Positions 1 to 8,469 of a stretch of 57,659 bases of DNA are shown here, in pieces; positions within the stretch are counted from its first letter, which is position 1, and each line of letters opens with the position of its first letter. Origin of the DNA: Marmoricola sp. (GTDB taxonomy: Bacteria; Actinomycetota; Actinomycetes; Propionibacteriales; Nocardioidaceae); contig JBQCDC010000453.1 in assembly GCA_051961575.1 (NCBI GenBank), positions 1-57,659 on the forward strand, read 5' to 3'. A program made the translations under genes and the position numbers. Under the pieces are notes generated by a model. The model had not been told where the DNA came from, made no database searches, and saw nothing but the letters and a program-made list of their open reading frames with translations.

Positions 1-210
1 CAGCGGCAGCGGCAGCGTCAGCGGCAGCGTCAGCGGCAGCGGCAGCGTCAGCGGCAGCGGCAGCGTCAGCGGCAGCGGCAGCGGCAGCGGCAGCGGCAGC
101 GGCAGCGGCAGCGGCAGCGGCAGCGTCAGCGGCAGCGGCAGCGTCAGCGGCAGCGGCAGCGGCAGCGTCAGCGACAGCGACAGCGGCAGCGGCAGCGGCA
201 GCGTCAGCGA
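1..210. repeat. Hexamer tandem repeat CAGCG(G/T/A), 35 units; encodes Ala-Ala/Ala-Asp/Ala-Val on the minus strand
   Basis: Read directly from the sequence. Confidence 0.97.
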
Positions 211-721
211 CAGGCTTCTTGACCAGGTGCTCCCTGATCTTTGCTTCGAGCTTGTCGCGGTTCGCACGGCGGATCTCCCACGCCTTATCACGCCACGAGA
301 AGATCGCCTTCCGCTGCTCCGGGTAGGGCAGGGCGAGAACCGTGGGGATTGAGTCGGCTTCCGCATCCATGCCAGCGGCGCGGAGCCACGGGCCGATCAG
401 CCGCTCCAGCAGGAACCGGGCCGCGACCCTCTCGCGGGCAGCGTCCTTGCCGTCGTTCGCGGTGCCGATCATGCGGGGAAGGAACGGGATCAACGTCTGG
501 CGCTGCTCGTCGTCCCACCGGTCGTTGAGGCTGATGGTGAAGCGGCGGAGGACCGGGGAGGAGCATTCAGGTGCGTCGGTGTGCCCGAGACCGGCGAGCC
601 ATGAGACGACTTCCATGGCGCAGTGGCCGTCCTCGAAGTCGTGGTGCGAGCTGCGGTCGAGTCGGATGACGCCGTTCTGGAGTGCGGCGAGGCGGGCGGG
701 TTCGATGGTGTACGCGGTCAC
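1..721 (-). CDS. 5' part of Ala-repeat phage protein (continues at 57659..57331)
   Basis: AGGAG RBS and GTG at 721. Reads MTAYTIEPARL...HCAMEVVSWLAGLGHTDAPECSSPVLRRF...LNDRW, then runs into the repeat without a stop. Absent from the ORF track because it crosses the window end. Confidence 0.85.
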   Translation of the reverse strand, partial: MTAYTIEPARLAALQNGVIRLDRSSHHDFEDGHCAMEVVSWLAGLGHTDAPECSSPVLRRFTISLNDRWDDEQRQTLIPFLPRMIGTANDGKDAARERVAARFLLERLIGPWLRAAGMDAEADSIPTVLALPYPEQRKAIFSWRDKAWEIRRANRDKLEAKIREHLVKKPVADAAAAAAAVAVADAAAAAAADAAAAADAAAAAAAAAAAAAAAAAAADAAAAADAAAAADAAADAAAAA

Positions 722-870
722 TTGGTCTCCTCGGAGTTGATCTTGTCGTTCCAGTACTGGTCGTCAGCGCACCCGGCGCAGAGCGCGGAGCCTGGTTCCG
801 GCTGGCGCGGGCATCGGTCGCACGTGGGGTCCGCCCTATGGCGCGGGACGTGCGGCCAATCGACGCTCAT
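718..870 (-). CDS. Small Cys-rich hypothetical protein (CxxC...CxxC)
   Basis: MSVDWPHVPRHRADPTCDRC...CAGC; start/stop overlaps with both neighbours. Confidence 0.6.
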   Translation of the reverse strand: MSVDWPHVPRHRADPTCDRCPRQPEPGSALCAGCADDQYWNDKINSEETK

Positions 871-1244
871 CGGTTCACCCTCGCGTGCTGGCGGATCGCA
901 GCCTCAAGCTCGGCAGCCGGAGCGGTGCGCCGTTCAGAACGCCATTCGGTGTCATCCCGCCATGCTCGGATGGCTCGGATCACAGCGTCACGGTCGCCAT
1001 CGGAGAAGTCCGATGCGGAGTCGAATTCGTCCCGGAAGCTGTTGCATGAGCACCCGGAGCCGTCGCCCCAGAAGTAGCGGCGTGCCGTTGGTGACCAGAA
1101 GACGGCCAAAATGTCCCACTCGTAGCCGCCGATGGAGTCGGCTTCGGCCACAAGTTCCCAGTCTGCCGTGCCGGGGATGCGCTCGTACTGGCTGGTCTTC
1201 CAGTCGTATCGGCCGAGGTGGTAATCCGCTGCATTCTCGCTCAC
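867..1244 (-). CDS. Hypothetical phage protein (GSGCSCNS motif)
   Basis: Natural composition; overlapping start/stop with the downstream gene. Confidence 0.75.
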   Translation of the reverse strand: MSENAADYHLGRYDWKTSQYERIPGTADWELVAEADSIGGYEWDILAVFWSPTARRYFWGDGSGCSCNSFRDEFDSASDFSDGDRDAVIRAIRAWRDDTEWRSERRTAPAAELEAAIRQHARVNR

Positions 1245-1247
1245 GTT

Positions 1248-1469
1248 TCACCAGTCCCCGAGGTTGAGGGGGTTGGTGTCGATGTACGCCGAGTGGTAGG
1301 CGTCCCAGTGCTGCAGTTCGATGTCCGCCTCCGGGAAGTTGGTCTCGAGGAGCTTGATGAGGTCCCGCATGAGCTCGGGGTCGTCCACGTGGCATGTGAA
1401 CGTCTTCCCGGACGGCAGCAGGATCGTCGCCACATAGTCGGTGGTCTTGGGCTGGGTCATAACCTGCAT
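1248..1469 (-). CDS. Hypothetical protein
   Basis: ORF track; RBS; tight packing. Confidence 0.7.
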   Translation of the reverse strand: MQVMTQPKTTDYVATILLPSGKTFTCHVDDPELMRDLIKLLETNFPEADIELQHWDAYHSAYIDTNPLNLGDW

Positions 1470-1620
1470 TGTCAGTCGTCTCCTGCCTGTGTGGGTTCTG
1501 GTTCTCCGAGGGCTTCCGCTTCCCGGTGGAGTCGTTCGAGGGTGGTCACGGTCGCGGTGATCCGGTGCGCTTTGGCGTGCTCGATCGCCTCCCGAATCCC
1601 CGCCTTGATGCTCTCGGCGG

Positions 1621-1986
1621 TCATGACTTGGCCCCGGGATGCAGGATGTGGACGGGAAAGGTGATGTCGCTCAGGCTCAGCGTCTCGGGGTCATCCTCAA
1701 CGGGGATGCTGCTGACGTGTTCGAACCCGTCCGCGTCCTCCCAGATGACCCACGGTCGCCAGCCGTCGAGCAGTACAAGGCTTTCGCCATCCTCGAAGGA
1801 CCGTCGGATCGCGTCGTGGAGTTCTGCGTCGTTGGTGACCACGGCGGGCTTGCGGTAGCCCGCAGTGAGGATCGCGTCAGCCACCGTGTAATCCTGCTTG
1901 GCCGGTTGGTGGTACTCCCGGCTCAGGAACAGTCGGTCGAGGGTGCTGGCGATCGTCGTCGCCAGTTCGTCGCGTTCGTTGCTCAT
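1621..1986 (-). CDS. Hypothetical protein, ERDELA...ADAIL.AGYRK family
   Basis: Start MSNERDELA; paralog of 14259..14576. Confidence 0.75.
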   Translation of the reverse strand: MSNERDELATTIASTLDRLFLSREYHQPAKQDYTVADAILTAGYRKPAVVTNDAELHDAIRRSFEDGESLVLLDGWRPWVIWEDADGFEHVSSIPVEDDPETLSLSDITFPVHILHPGAKS

Positions 1987-2285
1987 CATGCCTCCAGTGC
2001 TGTGTCGCCGGGCATCGTCCCGGGCTGGTGGACCGACCGCACCCGGACGTTGAAGAACAATGCCGCGGACCACTGGCAGCGGACCACCGTGCCCGGGTCC
2101 CAGCCGTACGCCTCGCAGGCGTACCAGGCGGTGCCGTAGTCGTACACGTCGGAGATACCATCGGCTGCGGGCGCGGCAGCAACGGTGCGCGGCGTCTCAT
2201 CAACCTGCGGCCCGAAACTGGCCGAACCAGCAGCCGGTGTCGCGGCAAGGACTGCTGCGAGCCCAAGCCCAATAACGCTGATCAT
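1986..2285 (-). CDS. Secreted or membrane hypothetical protein
   Basis: Signal-peptide-like hydrophobic N-terminus MISVIGLGLAAVLAA. Confidence 0.65.
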   Translation of the reverse strand: MISVIGLGLAAVLAATPAAGSASFGPQVDETPRTVAAAPAADGISDVYDYGTAWYACEAYGWDPGTVVRCQWSAALFFNVRVRSVHQPGTMPGDTALEA

Positions 2286-2452
2286 CAGGACTCCTCGACA
2301 TCGGAGTGGACCATGTCGATCTCCACGTCGTTCAGATCAATCTCGGTCAGCTCGAACAGTGAAGCGTCGGCGAGGGCTTCGGCCTCAACCAGCGTGTCGG
2401 CTTCCACCGTGCAGCGCCCGCTGACCTTGAACGTGACATTGAACTTGGGCAT
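2285..2452 (-). CDS. Small acidic hypothetical protein
   Basis: MPKFNVTFKVSGRCTVEADTLVEAE, with GAAGGAG RBS. Confidence 0.65.
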   Translation of the reverse strand: MPKFNVTFKVSGRCTVEADTLVEAEALADASLFELTEIDLNDVEIDMVHSDVEES

Positions 2453-2486
2453 TCGAAACACTCCTTCTCGAATCGGGCAACTGTTC

Positions 2487-2888
2487 TCAGTGTTGCATAT
2501 GACTGTTGTCACCGGTAGAGGCGACACGAAGATCTTCACCCGTGAGGATTGCCGCGAAATCCTGAAGGGTCATGGTCACCCACTGGGCGGCCGGATCGGC
2601 ATGGCCCCGGCGCTTGTGCACCACGACCCCCGCGATCGCCCCGTCGTTGACCCGCTCCGCTTCGGCTTCCCGGGCCCAGCCCGCGAGGTCCAGCGTCGCG
2701 TGGTCCTTCAACTCCGCCACGATCGGTCGGCCGCCGGGAGCCCGCAGGTTCGCGATGTCGCCCTTGTCGGCGGCACCGGTCTTGACCCTCCGGTCGATCC
2801 ACTCGGACACGTTCGCCTTGAGCCAGTCAGCCACCTGGCGCTCGAATCTCGCACCAGCGGCCTTCGCGGACTTCCGCGACCGGGTCAT
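2487..2888 (-). CDS. Holliday junction resolvase (Hjc-type PD-(D/E)xK)
   Basis: KAAGARFER, DKGD and AELK motifs. Confidence 0.85.
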   Translation of the reverse strand: MTRSRKSAKAAGARFERQVADWLKANVSEWIDRRVKTGAADKGDIANLRAPGGRPIVAELKDHATLDLAGWAREAEAERVNDGAIAGVVVHKRRGHADPAAQWVTMTLQDFAAILTGEDLRVASTGDNSHMQH

Positions 2889-2997
2889 TCAGATTCCTGT
2901 TCGGCGCGATAGATGTCGGCGCAGCAGTCGCAGGTGATGGCGCCTTCCGCCTCGCACTGTGCCGTGCTGTGGGGCAGTCCGCATCCGGGGCAAATGT

Positions 2998-3513
2998 TCA
3001 CGCTGTCTCCTGCATGTCGATGGTGAGTGTCGGTTCGCCCACAGCGAGGGCCATGCTCCCGGTGCCCGGGAAGAAGTCGTGCATGATGTCACCGTTCTGG
3101 TAGCCGATGAGGTCGAGAATCCACGCGTTGAACTTGTGTGGCTTCGCGCCGGTGAAGCCTTTGCGCATGGTGATCGGCTCAGCGAGGTGGTCGCGTCCGA
3201 TTGGGTCGCCCTCCCGCCGCGGCAGTGCCCTGCGGAAGATGACCGGCTCCCACGTGTAAGCGATGGGGACGTTCCGCTTGAACGCCGCGAACGGCTTCAC
3301 CCAAGACGCGATGCGAGTCCCCTCAGGCAGGTGTGGGGCGAGCCATTTGAGGTCCCCGCTGTTGCACGAGTACGCCCAGCCATGGAAGTCCTCATCCATC
3401 GTCGCGATGAGATCCAGGTGGGTCTGCTTCTCGTCCCAGAGGTGCGCCTCGGGGTGGTCGTAGAAGTGCGAGCAGCCAAGGTATGGCGGATCCGCATAGG
3501 CGAACCATCTCAT
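2998..3513 (-). CDS. Small amino (N6-A/N4-C) DNA methyltransferase
   Basis: YADPPY catalytic motif followed by a DFFPGTGS SAM-binding motif (beta order). Confidence 0.75.
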   Translation of the reverse strand: MRWFAYADPPYLGCSHFYDHPEAHLWDEKQTHLDLIATMDEDFHGWAYSCNSGDLKWLAPHLPEGTRIASWVKPFAAFKRNVPIAYTWEPVIFRRALPRREGDPIGRDHLAEPITMRKGFTGAKPHKFNAWILDLIGYQNGDIMHDFFPGTGSMALAVGEPTLTIDMQETA

Positions 3514-3935
3514 GATGCCCCCTCAGCGGCCCGTGAAGGGGTCACAGGGCCACTATCAGCGCCTCCGGGTACGCCGGTGCCACCAACAGTAGTTTTGGCC
3601 GTTGAGAACGGCCCCTTGCCCAAACCGTCCAGAAACTCCCGGAACGCCTTCGGCATCGGCTTCGGCGGCGACGGCGGCAACGCACGCACAGCACGCTCCC
3701 GAGCCTCCTGAATCTCACGCTCACGACGAGCCCGCGGCGCCAACCGCACAATATGCGCCGGCATCAGCCACGCGTCCGACTCCTGCCGATGCAACGTCAA
3801 CGCCCGCAACGCGTCCCTGAAATCCAGGTGCCCGACCGTCTCATGCCACGCCGAGACCGTCATCTCATCCACGGTCCGGTTATCCAGCAATGCTGCCTTG
3901 GCGAGAAGCTTCGCCGTCTCCGAGAGTTCCACCAT
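3510..3935 (-). CDS. Replicative helicase loader/inhibitor-like protein
   Basis: MVELSETAKLLAKAALLDNR...AW...DAL.A...H...WLMPAHI; lies downstream of the initiator. Confidence 0.6.
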   Translation of the reverse strand: MVELSETAKLLAKAALLDNRTVDEMTVSAWHETVGHLDFRDALRALTLHRQESDAWLMPAHIVRLAPRARREREIQEARERAVRALPPSPPKPMPKAFREFLDGLGKGPFSTAKTTVGGTGVPGGADSGPVTPSRAAEGAS

Positions 3936-4269
3936 GCTCCTGTTCTTCGATCCGTCGTGCCAATTCCAGGGCCTCAATCGCCCGTTTCGTTCCCGTCGCC
4001 ACCGGTCTTCGCTCCGGCTCCGCTGCTGTGGTCCGCCAATGCGGGCCATCCAACGCCCACAAATCCGGGGTCCGCCTCCCCGCCTCCGGTCTGCAATACG
4101 CCAACAGCGCCAGCACACAATGCGCATAATCCGCCGCCGGAGCGATCCCGCCCGCCTGGTTCGCCTGCCAGAACACGCGGCCCGGGTTGTTCCGCACCCA
4201 ATCCGGCCTCAAAGCCAAAGCCAGAACCCCCAGCGCCTGGCCCTCCTGATCTGTCAGCCGATGCAACAC
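3880..4269 (-). CDS. Hypothetical protein of the replication module
   Basis: LALRPDW...RTP motifs; position between initiator and loader. Confidence 0.6.
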   Translation of the reverse strand: MLHRLTDQEGQALGVLALALRPDWVRNNPGRVFWQANQAGGIAPAADYAHCVLALLAYCRPEAGRRTPDLWALDGPHWRTTAAEPERRPVATGTKRAIEALELARRIEEQEHGGTLGDGEASRQGSIAG

Positions 4270-4421
4270 ATGCTCCGGGCGGCGGCGTTTCGCCTCGCAC
4301 GCGTTACGTAACTGAACGATCGCCGCCTAGGCGATCTGGGATTTCCGGTGCTGGTGAAGGTGCCGGTTCCGGTTGTGGTGTAGGTTCTGGTTCTTTTAAG
4401 GTTCCCGATCGCCGTTTTTTT

Positions 4422-4493
4422 CGCCGATGGGATCGGCGTGGTTATCGGTGATGGTGTCGGCGTTCCGATCGTCGATGGCATCGGCGATACCTA
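4422..4493. repeat. Three 24-bp iteron-like repeats (CGnnGATGGnnTCGGCG...), candidate replication origin
   Basis: Units at 4422, 4446 and 4470; adjacent T-rich tracts; directly after the initiator stop codon. Confidence 0.6.
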
Positions 4494-4961
4494 CGGCGTT
4501 CCAGCCGCTGCGCGATCGATGATCCCGGCGAGCTTGCCCTCCTTGAAGGCGGCGTACTCGGGGGACTCGTCATGCAGTCGCTGGAGCTCGGAAGTGACCT
4601 GGGACTTGAGTCTTCGTGAAGCGATGTCTGCGTACGCTGACATGATCGCGTCTCCCATCTTCGGGCGCTTGAGGCACCCGTCGTGGCGGAGGAACGAACG
4701 GACGAGCACTTCTTCGGTGTCGTCGTCGATCAGGATGTAGTCGCCCTCGAGGAGTTCCTCCCGGGCCGATTCGACGACTCCATGGGTGAGGCCGACAGCC
4801 TTGGAGGGGATCTTCCTTGGCCGCCAGTCGGCGACGCCGACGAGGCTGAGGGTGGGGTGGGATGAGAGGTGGAAGTAGAGCCATTGGGCCATGGGGGACA
4901 GGGCTGTGAAGTCGTCGTTGCCCCAGATGGATACTTTGATGGCCGCGTAGGTTCGAGCCAA
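4491..4961 (-). CDS. RepA-like replication initiator
   Basis: TTG start after GGAG; ARTYAAIKVSIWGNDDFTALSPMAQWLY...GVADWRP...EVLVRSFLRHD. Confidence 0.75.
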   Translation of the reverse strand: MARTYAAIKVSIWGNDDFTALSPMAQWLYFHLSSHPTLSLVGVADWRPRKIPSKAVGLTHGVVESAREELLEGDYILIDDDTEEVLVRSFLRHDGCLKRPKMGDAIMSAYADIASRRLKSQVTSELQRLHDESPEYAAFKEGKLAGIIDRAAAGTP

Positions 4962-4972
4962 TCCGACTGCTC

Positions 4973-5473
4973 CTAACGGTTCTGCATACCGGTGTGAACG
5001 GTTTTCAGTGTACGCGTCGGGGTCTTCTCGGCACGCGTGGACCGGGCTCTGACCCCTTGGGTTCCCGGGCCTTTCTGGGGGTTCAACGTCGTAGCCGGGG
5101 TGGTGTCCTTCCTGGTCTTGTTGTACTTCTGTCTGCGTTCGGTGGCTGCGACCCGGCAGCGGAAGCAGGCTTCCTCCCCGCGGGCCCGGTGCAGCTGATA
5201 GCCGTACGGGCTGCCGCATTTGTCGGCCCCCATGTTGTTCTTTCGGCCGGTGAATTCGTAGCCGCGGACCGCGGCGAGGGCTTTGTTCTTCGCGATCCGG
5301 CAGGGCTCGCACACGGGCTCGTCGAGGCGCATGTGCTTCTGGTAGCCGCCCACGGTGCCGCATTCGGCCTTGTTGTTGCCCTTGCGGGTCTTGGCCTTCC
5401 GGTAGGGTTGCTCGGCCCTCTCGAGAGCCTCCTCCACCGCTACGGGCACTGCGCCCGCGTACTTGTAGTTCAC
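4973..5473 (-). CDS. Hypothetical protein with two CG(T/S)..GY..H....E..C..CR.A modules
   Basis: Internal duplication visible in the translation. Confidence 0.75.
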   Translation of the reverse strand: MNYKYAGAVPVAVEEALERAEQPYRKAKTRKGNNKAECGTVGGYQKHMRLDEPVCEPCRIAKNKALAAVRGYEFTGRKNNMGADKCGSPYGYQLHRARGEEACFRCRVAATERRQKYNKTRKDTTPATTLNPQKGPGTQGVRARSTRAEKTPTRTLKTVHTGMQNR

Positions 5474-5630
5474 GCGTTCTCCTCCAGTGCGAGGGCCTCG
5501 TCAATCGTGGTCTGGCCTTCGAGGACAGTGGGGAAGTCCCGGCAATCGTCGTGCCAGCCGATGGTTGGCTGGGGCTTGCCGCAGCCCGGACAGGTGTAGC
5601 TCGCCGGGGGAACCCAGTCCCGTGACGCCC

Positions 5631-7157
5631 TCACGCGGCCACCCCGAGCGACTCGGCCGCGATGATCGCCAGATCACGGGCGGCAGGCGGAGTGACGGCG
5701 TTCCCCGCCTGCTTGACCTGCTCCCGCTTGGTCCCGGTCATGATGTAGTCCCGCGGGAACGCCATGCCCCAGGTCACCTCGTGCGGCTCGAGCATGCGGA
5801 ACGTGCAGTCCTCCACCGAGACGGGCGCCGTGGACATGAGGCCGTGGTGGTTGCCGTTGGCCGCGAAAGTGTCCATTGGCTGGCCGACGTCCTTGGGCGC
5901 GTTCTGCCCGCGGAGCGTGATCATGGCGTAGCGGTCCACGGTGGTCAGCGTGCCGATGGGCTCGGCCACTGTCTGCGGGCGGCTGGACCCGTAGTAGGGC
6001 ATGAGGAGGGACTCATGGTTGCCTCCGCCGACGAGCGTCCGCAGCGGATCCATGACGGTGGCGGTCCGCGAAGCGTCCGCGCCGGAGACATGGTTGATGA
6101 TCAGCGGCGGCATCATCAGGCCGGTCTCGTTGCGGGTGGTCTGCGTCCGCAGCGCCCACTCCGCCGGCTGAGCCTCCTTGCCCTCGCGGCCCTCAACGGG
6201 GACGAGGAGGCCGCGGGTGTAGCTGGTGGTCTGCGTGCGGTACGGCTCGCTGTCGACGTCGGAGAGGATCGCGGCGCCGAGGACGGCGTCGACGGCCATG
6301 CGGCGGGAGCCGAAGCGCTCGAGGCCGGCGCGGATCCTGGCCATGGTCTTCTCGGCGAGGGGCTTGGTCCTGTCGCCGATGCGCTCGGCCGGGAGCGACC
6401 AGTCGATCGCCGACGCCGCGGGGAGCCAGCCGGGCTCGATGATGCGGTTCCGGCAGGACGAGTTCGGGCACCGGTAGTTGTACTGGGCCCGGTAGCGGCC
6501 CCAGCGCTCGGCCTTCTTGAAGACCTGCATGGCGCGGACCATGCCGTGCTCCGGGCACCACGCCTGTGGGCGCAGCTTGTCGAAGTCCGGGCGCGGGTTG
6601 CCACGCTTCCAGAACACCACGTACATGCGATCGCGGGACTGCGGCGCCGGGAGGCCGCCGAGCTGGGCGTGCATTGAGTTCAGGTAGACGATGTGGTGCT
6701 CGTAGTCGAGTGCCTTCATCGCCGACAGCCAGGCGTCGAACATGACCCACCGGGCCGCGTCGACGACGTTCTCCGTCATGATCAGCTTGTAGTCGTGGAC
6801 CTCCGCGAACCGGGGCACGTCCCACATGGTGGCGCGGGACTTCGTCGCCGCCGCATCCTCGGCCGAGCCCCCGAACAGCGGCTTCTGGTTCGTGACCCGC
6901 CGGCGGCCCTTCGCCACAGAGTGGTTCGTGCACTCCGGTGAGGCCCAGAGGATGTCCGTGGTCGGGATGTACTCGGGGTCGGTCTGCTGGATGTCCGCGC
7001 AGACGTGGTCCACGTCGGGGTGGTTCGCGCCGTGCGTCTCGATCGCACGCTGCCAATGGTTCATCGCGGTGCGCACCTGCACGCCCGGGACCGCGGAGAG
7101 CCCGGTGGAGGAGCCGCCAGCCCCGCAAAACAGGTCCGTGACTGTCAGTTCGCTCAT
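5631..7157 (-). CDS. DNA cytosine-5 methyltransferase
   Basis: DLFCGAGG, SPEC, ENV, QSRDR and QAGNAV motifs; start MSELTV. Confidence 0.93.
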   Translation of the reverse strand: MSELTVTDLFCGAGGSSTGLSAVPGVQVRTAMNHWQRAIETHGANHPDVDHVCADIQQTDPEYIPTTDILWASPECTNHSVAKGRRRVTNQKPLFGGSAEDAAATKSRATMWDVPRFAEVHDYKLIMTENVVDAARWVMFDAWLSAMKALDYEHHIVYLNSMHAQLGGLPAPQSRDRMYVVFWKRGNPRPDFDKLRPQAWCPEHGMVRAMQVFKKAERWGRYRAQYNYRCPNSSCRNRIIEPGWLPAASAIDWSLPAERIGDRTKPLAEKTMARIRAGLERFGSRRMAVDAVLGAAILSDVDSEPYRTQTTSYTRGLLVPVEGREGKEAQPAEWALRTQTTRNETGLMMPPLIINHVSGADASRTATVMDPLRTLVGGGNHESLLMPYYGSSRPQTVAEPIGTLTTVDRYAMITLRGQNAPKDVGQPMDTFAANGNHHGLMSTAPVSVEDCTFRMLEPHEVTWGMAFPRDYIMTGTKREQVKQAGNAVTPPAARDLAIIAAESLGVAA

Positions 7158-7510
7158 GCTGCGGCTCCTAGTTCCTGCTGGTGTTTTTCGTGCTGTCTTC
7201 TGGTGGCGGCCCGGATTGCCCAGAGTTCTCGTTGGAGGTCGCGGAGGCTGGGGAGGTCGGCGCGGAGCCGGGCGAGGCGCATGTCCCGGGTGGTGGTCTG
7301 CTTGTTGTCGCGGCCGGTGGTCGTGCCGCCGCGCCATGCGGCCTGGTAGGCGTTGTAGGCGTGCCTGCAGTCGTCGTCCACGGGTTCCCGGTGCTTCCTG
7401 TGCACCCAGTACGCCTGGACGGTTCCGCAGGGTTTGCGGGGCCGGTGCTTCTTGGGTTCGGGGAGTTCGAGCCGGGGTGTCTTGGGGTCCCGCCACTTGT
7501 ACCCGGCCAT
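7154..7510 (-). CDS. Hypothetical protein with CGT..AY..H module
   Basis: CGTVQAYWVHRKHREPVDDDCRHA. Confidence 0.7.
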   Translation of the reverse strand: MAGYKWRDPKTPRLELPEPKKHRPRKPCGTVQAYWVHRKHREPVDDDCRHAYNAYQAAWRGGTTTGRDNKQTTTRDMRLARLRADLPSLRDLQRELWAIRAATRRQHEKHQQELGAAA

Positions 7511-7749
7511 TACCGCTTGGCCTTGTCGGCTTGGGTGCGTGCGGCTTTGCGTTCCGCGAGGGTGAGGCCCACGGGTTCGGTGGGTCTCCTCTGTTCGCGG
7601 GGGCGTTTGGGGCCTTGGTAGTCGGGGTGTCCCGGGTCGGTCGGGTCGTTGATGTCGAACCCGAGGCCGTTGTACCGGTACATGCGGCCGATGGGGCGGC
7701 CGTTCGCGTACGACCCGGCCATGGGGATCGCTTCACGGGTCTCGTACAT
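7510..7749 (-). CDS. Hypothetical protein
   Basis: MYETREAIP; coupled to neighbours. Confidence 0.6.
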   Translation of the reverse strand: MYETREAIPMAGSYANGRPIGRMYRYNGLGFDINDPTDPGHPDYQGPKRPREQRRPTEPVGLTLAERKAARTQADKAKR

Positions 7750-8036
7750 CAGCGACCCCCGTCCTTGATGTGGGCCCAGCCGATATTCGCGGGGGACATG
7801 GCCCCGTCGCATCTCGTGCATCTCAGGACCGCCCCGAACGTCTTGACCCACATCGGGGTCCTTTCGACGTAGAGGGCGCGGCATTCCTCGCACGCTGCGA
7901 AGTGGGCGTTGCAGCACGGGTGGATCGCCCACCATGCGGCCTCATGCTCGCATGGCTGGAACAGTTCGCAGGCCGTTTCCGGGTCGAAGTCGAGTGCCTG
8001 GATCAGCTCCAGATCGGTCTCGGTTGCGGTGGTCAT
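7749..8036 (-). CDS. Cys-rich hypothetical (Zn-binding) protein
   Basis: Multiple Cys pairs. Confidence 0.7.
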   Translation of the reverse strand: MTTATETDLELIQALDFDPETACELFQPCEHEAAWWAIHPCCNAHFAACEECRALYVERTPMWVKTFGAVLRCTRCDGAMSPANIGWAHIKDGGR

Positions 8037-8296
8037 GCCGCGCCCTCTTCCTCATCAGCCCACTGCTTCACCTGGTCGATGAGGTCCGGCCGGAAACCCT
8101 GCCACATGAGGTCTTCGCCGTTGACGTTGGCGATGACGACCGGGGCTTGGGTGAAGCCGAGATCCTTGACGGCGGCCTCGTCGGCGGGGGATTTGGTGAG
8201 GTCAACCGATTCGTACCGGATTCCGTTCTTGGTGAGCTTGAGCTTCGTCATGCGGCACTGGGGGCAGGCGGGGGTGGAGTACACGGTTACGATCAC
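8033..8296 (-). CDS. nrdH: NrdH-like glutaredoxin
   Basis: VTVYSTPACPQC...TQAPVV...WQGFRPD. Confidence 0.9.
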   Translation of the reverse strand: MIVTVYSTPACPQCRMTKLKLTKNGIRYESVDLTKSPADEAAVKDLGFTQAPVVIANVNGEDLMWQGFRPDLIDQVKQWADEEEGAA

Positions 8297-8469
8297 GTTT
8301 GATCGCCTTTCTTGACTGGGGTGAGTTTCCGGACGACGCGGCCGGTGCGGTACCGGAAGTGCCGCATGTATGCCGCCCATGCGATCCGGGACTCGTTGCA
8401 CGGCTCTTCGTTTCTTCTGCGATGACGCGCATATGCCCACGCATCGGTAGGCGGGTGGGTGCACGTCAT
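8293..8469 (-). CDS. Small protein with AY.RH...E.C...R.A module
   Basis: MTCTHPPTDAWAYARHRRRNEEPCNESRIAW; 4-bp overlaps at both ends; below the ORF-track cutoff. Confidence 0.65.
   Translation of the reverse strand: MTCTHPPTDAWAYARHRRRNEEPCNESRIAWAAYMRHFRYRTGRVVRKLTPVKKGDQT

Noticed and set aside
1-210. CRISPR array or DGR variable repeat
   Set aside because: Simple hexamer tandem without spacers; no cas or reverse transcriptase gene seen.
4491-4493. Genome-wide amber recoding
   Set aside because: TAG clearly terminates capsid, lysin, holin and repressor genes, and no suppressor tRNA is seen.
2998-7157. Restriction-modification system
   Set aside because: No cognate restriction endonuclease; the nearby nuclease has resolvase motifs.
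7158-7736. Long N-terminal extensions in the ORF track (MTase, tail SGNH, scaffold, GT, HNH, initiator)
   Set aside because: They overlap real upstream genes in other frames; starts were reassigned using RBS and stop/start overlaps.
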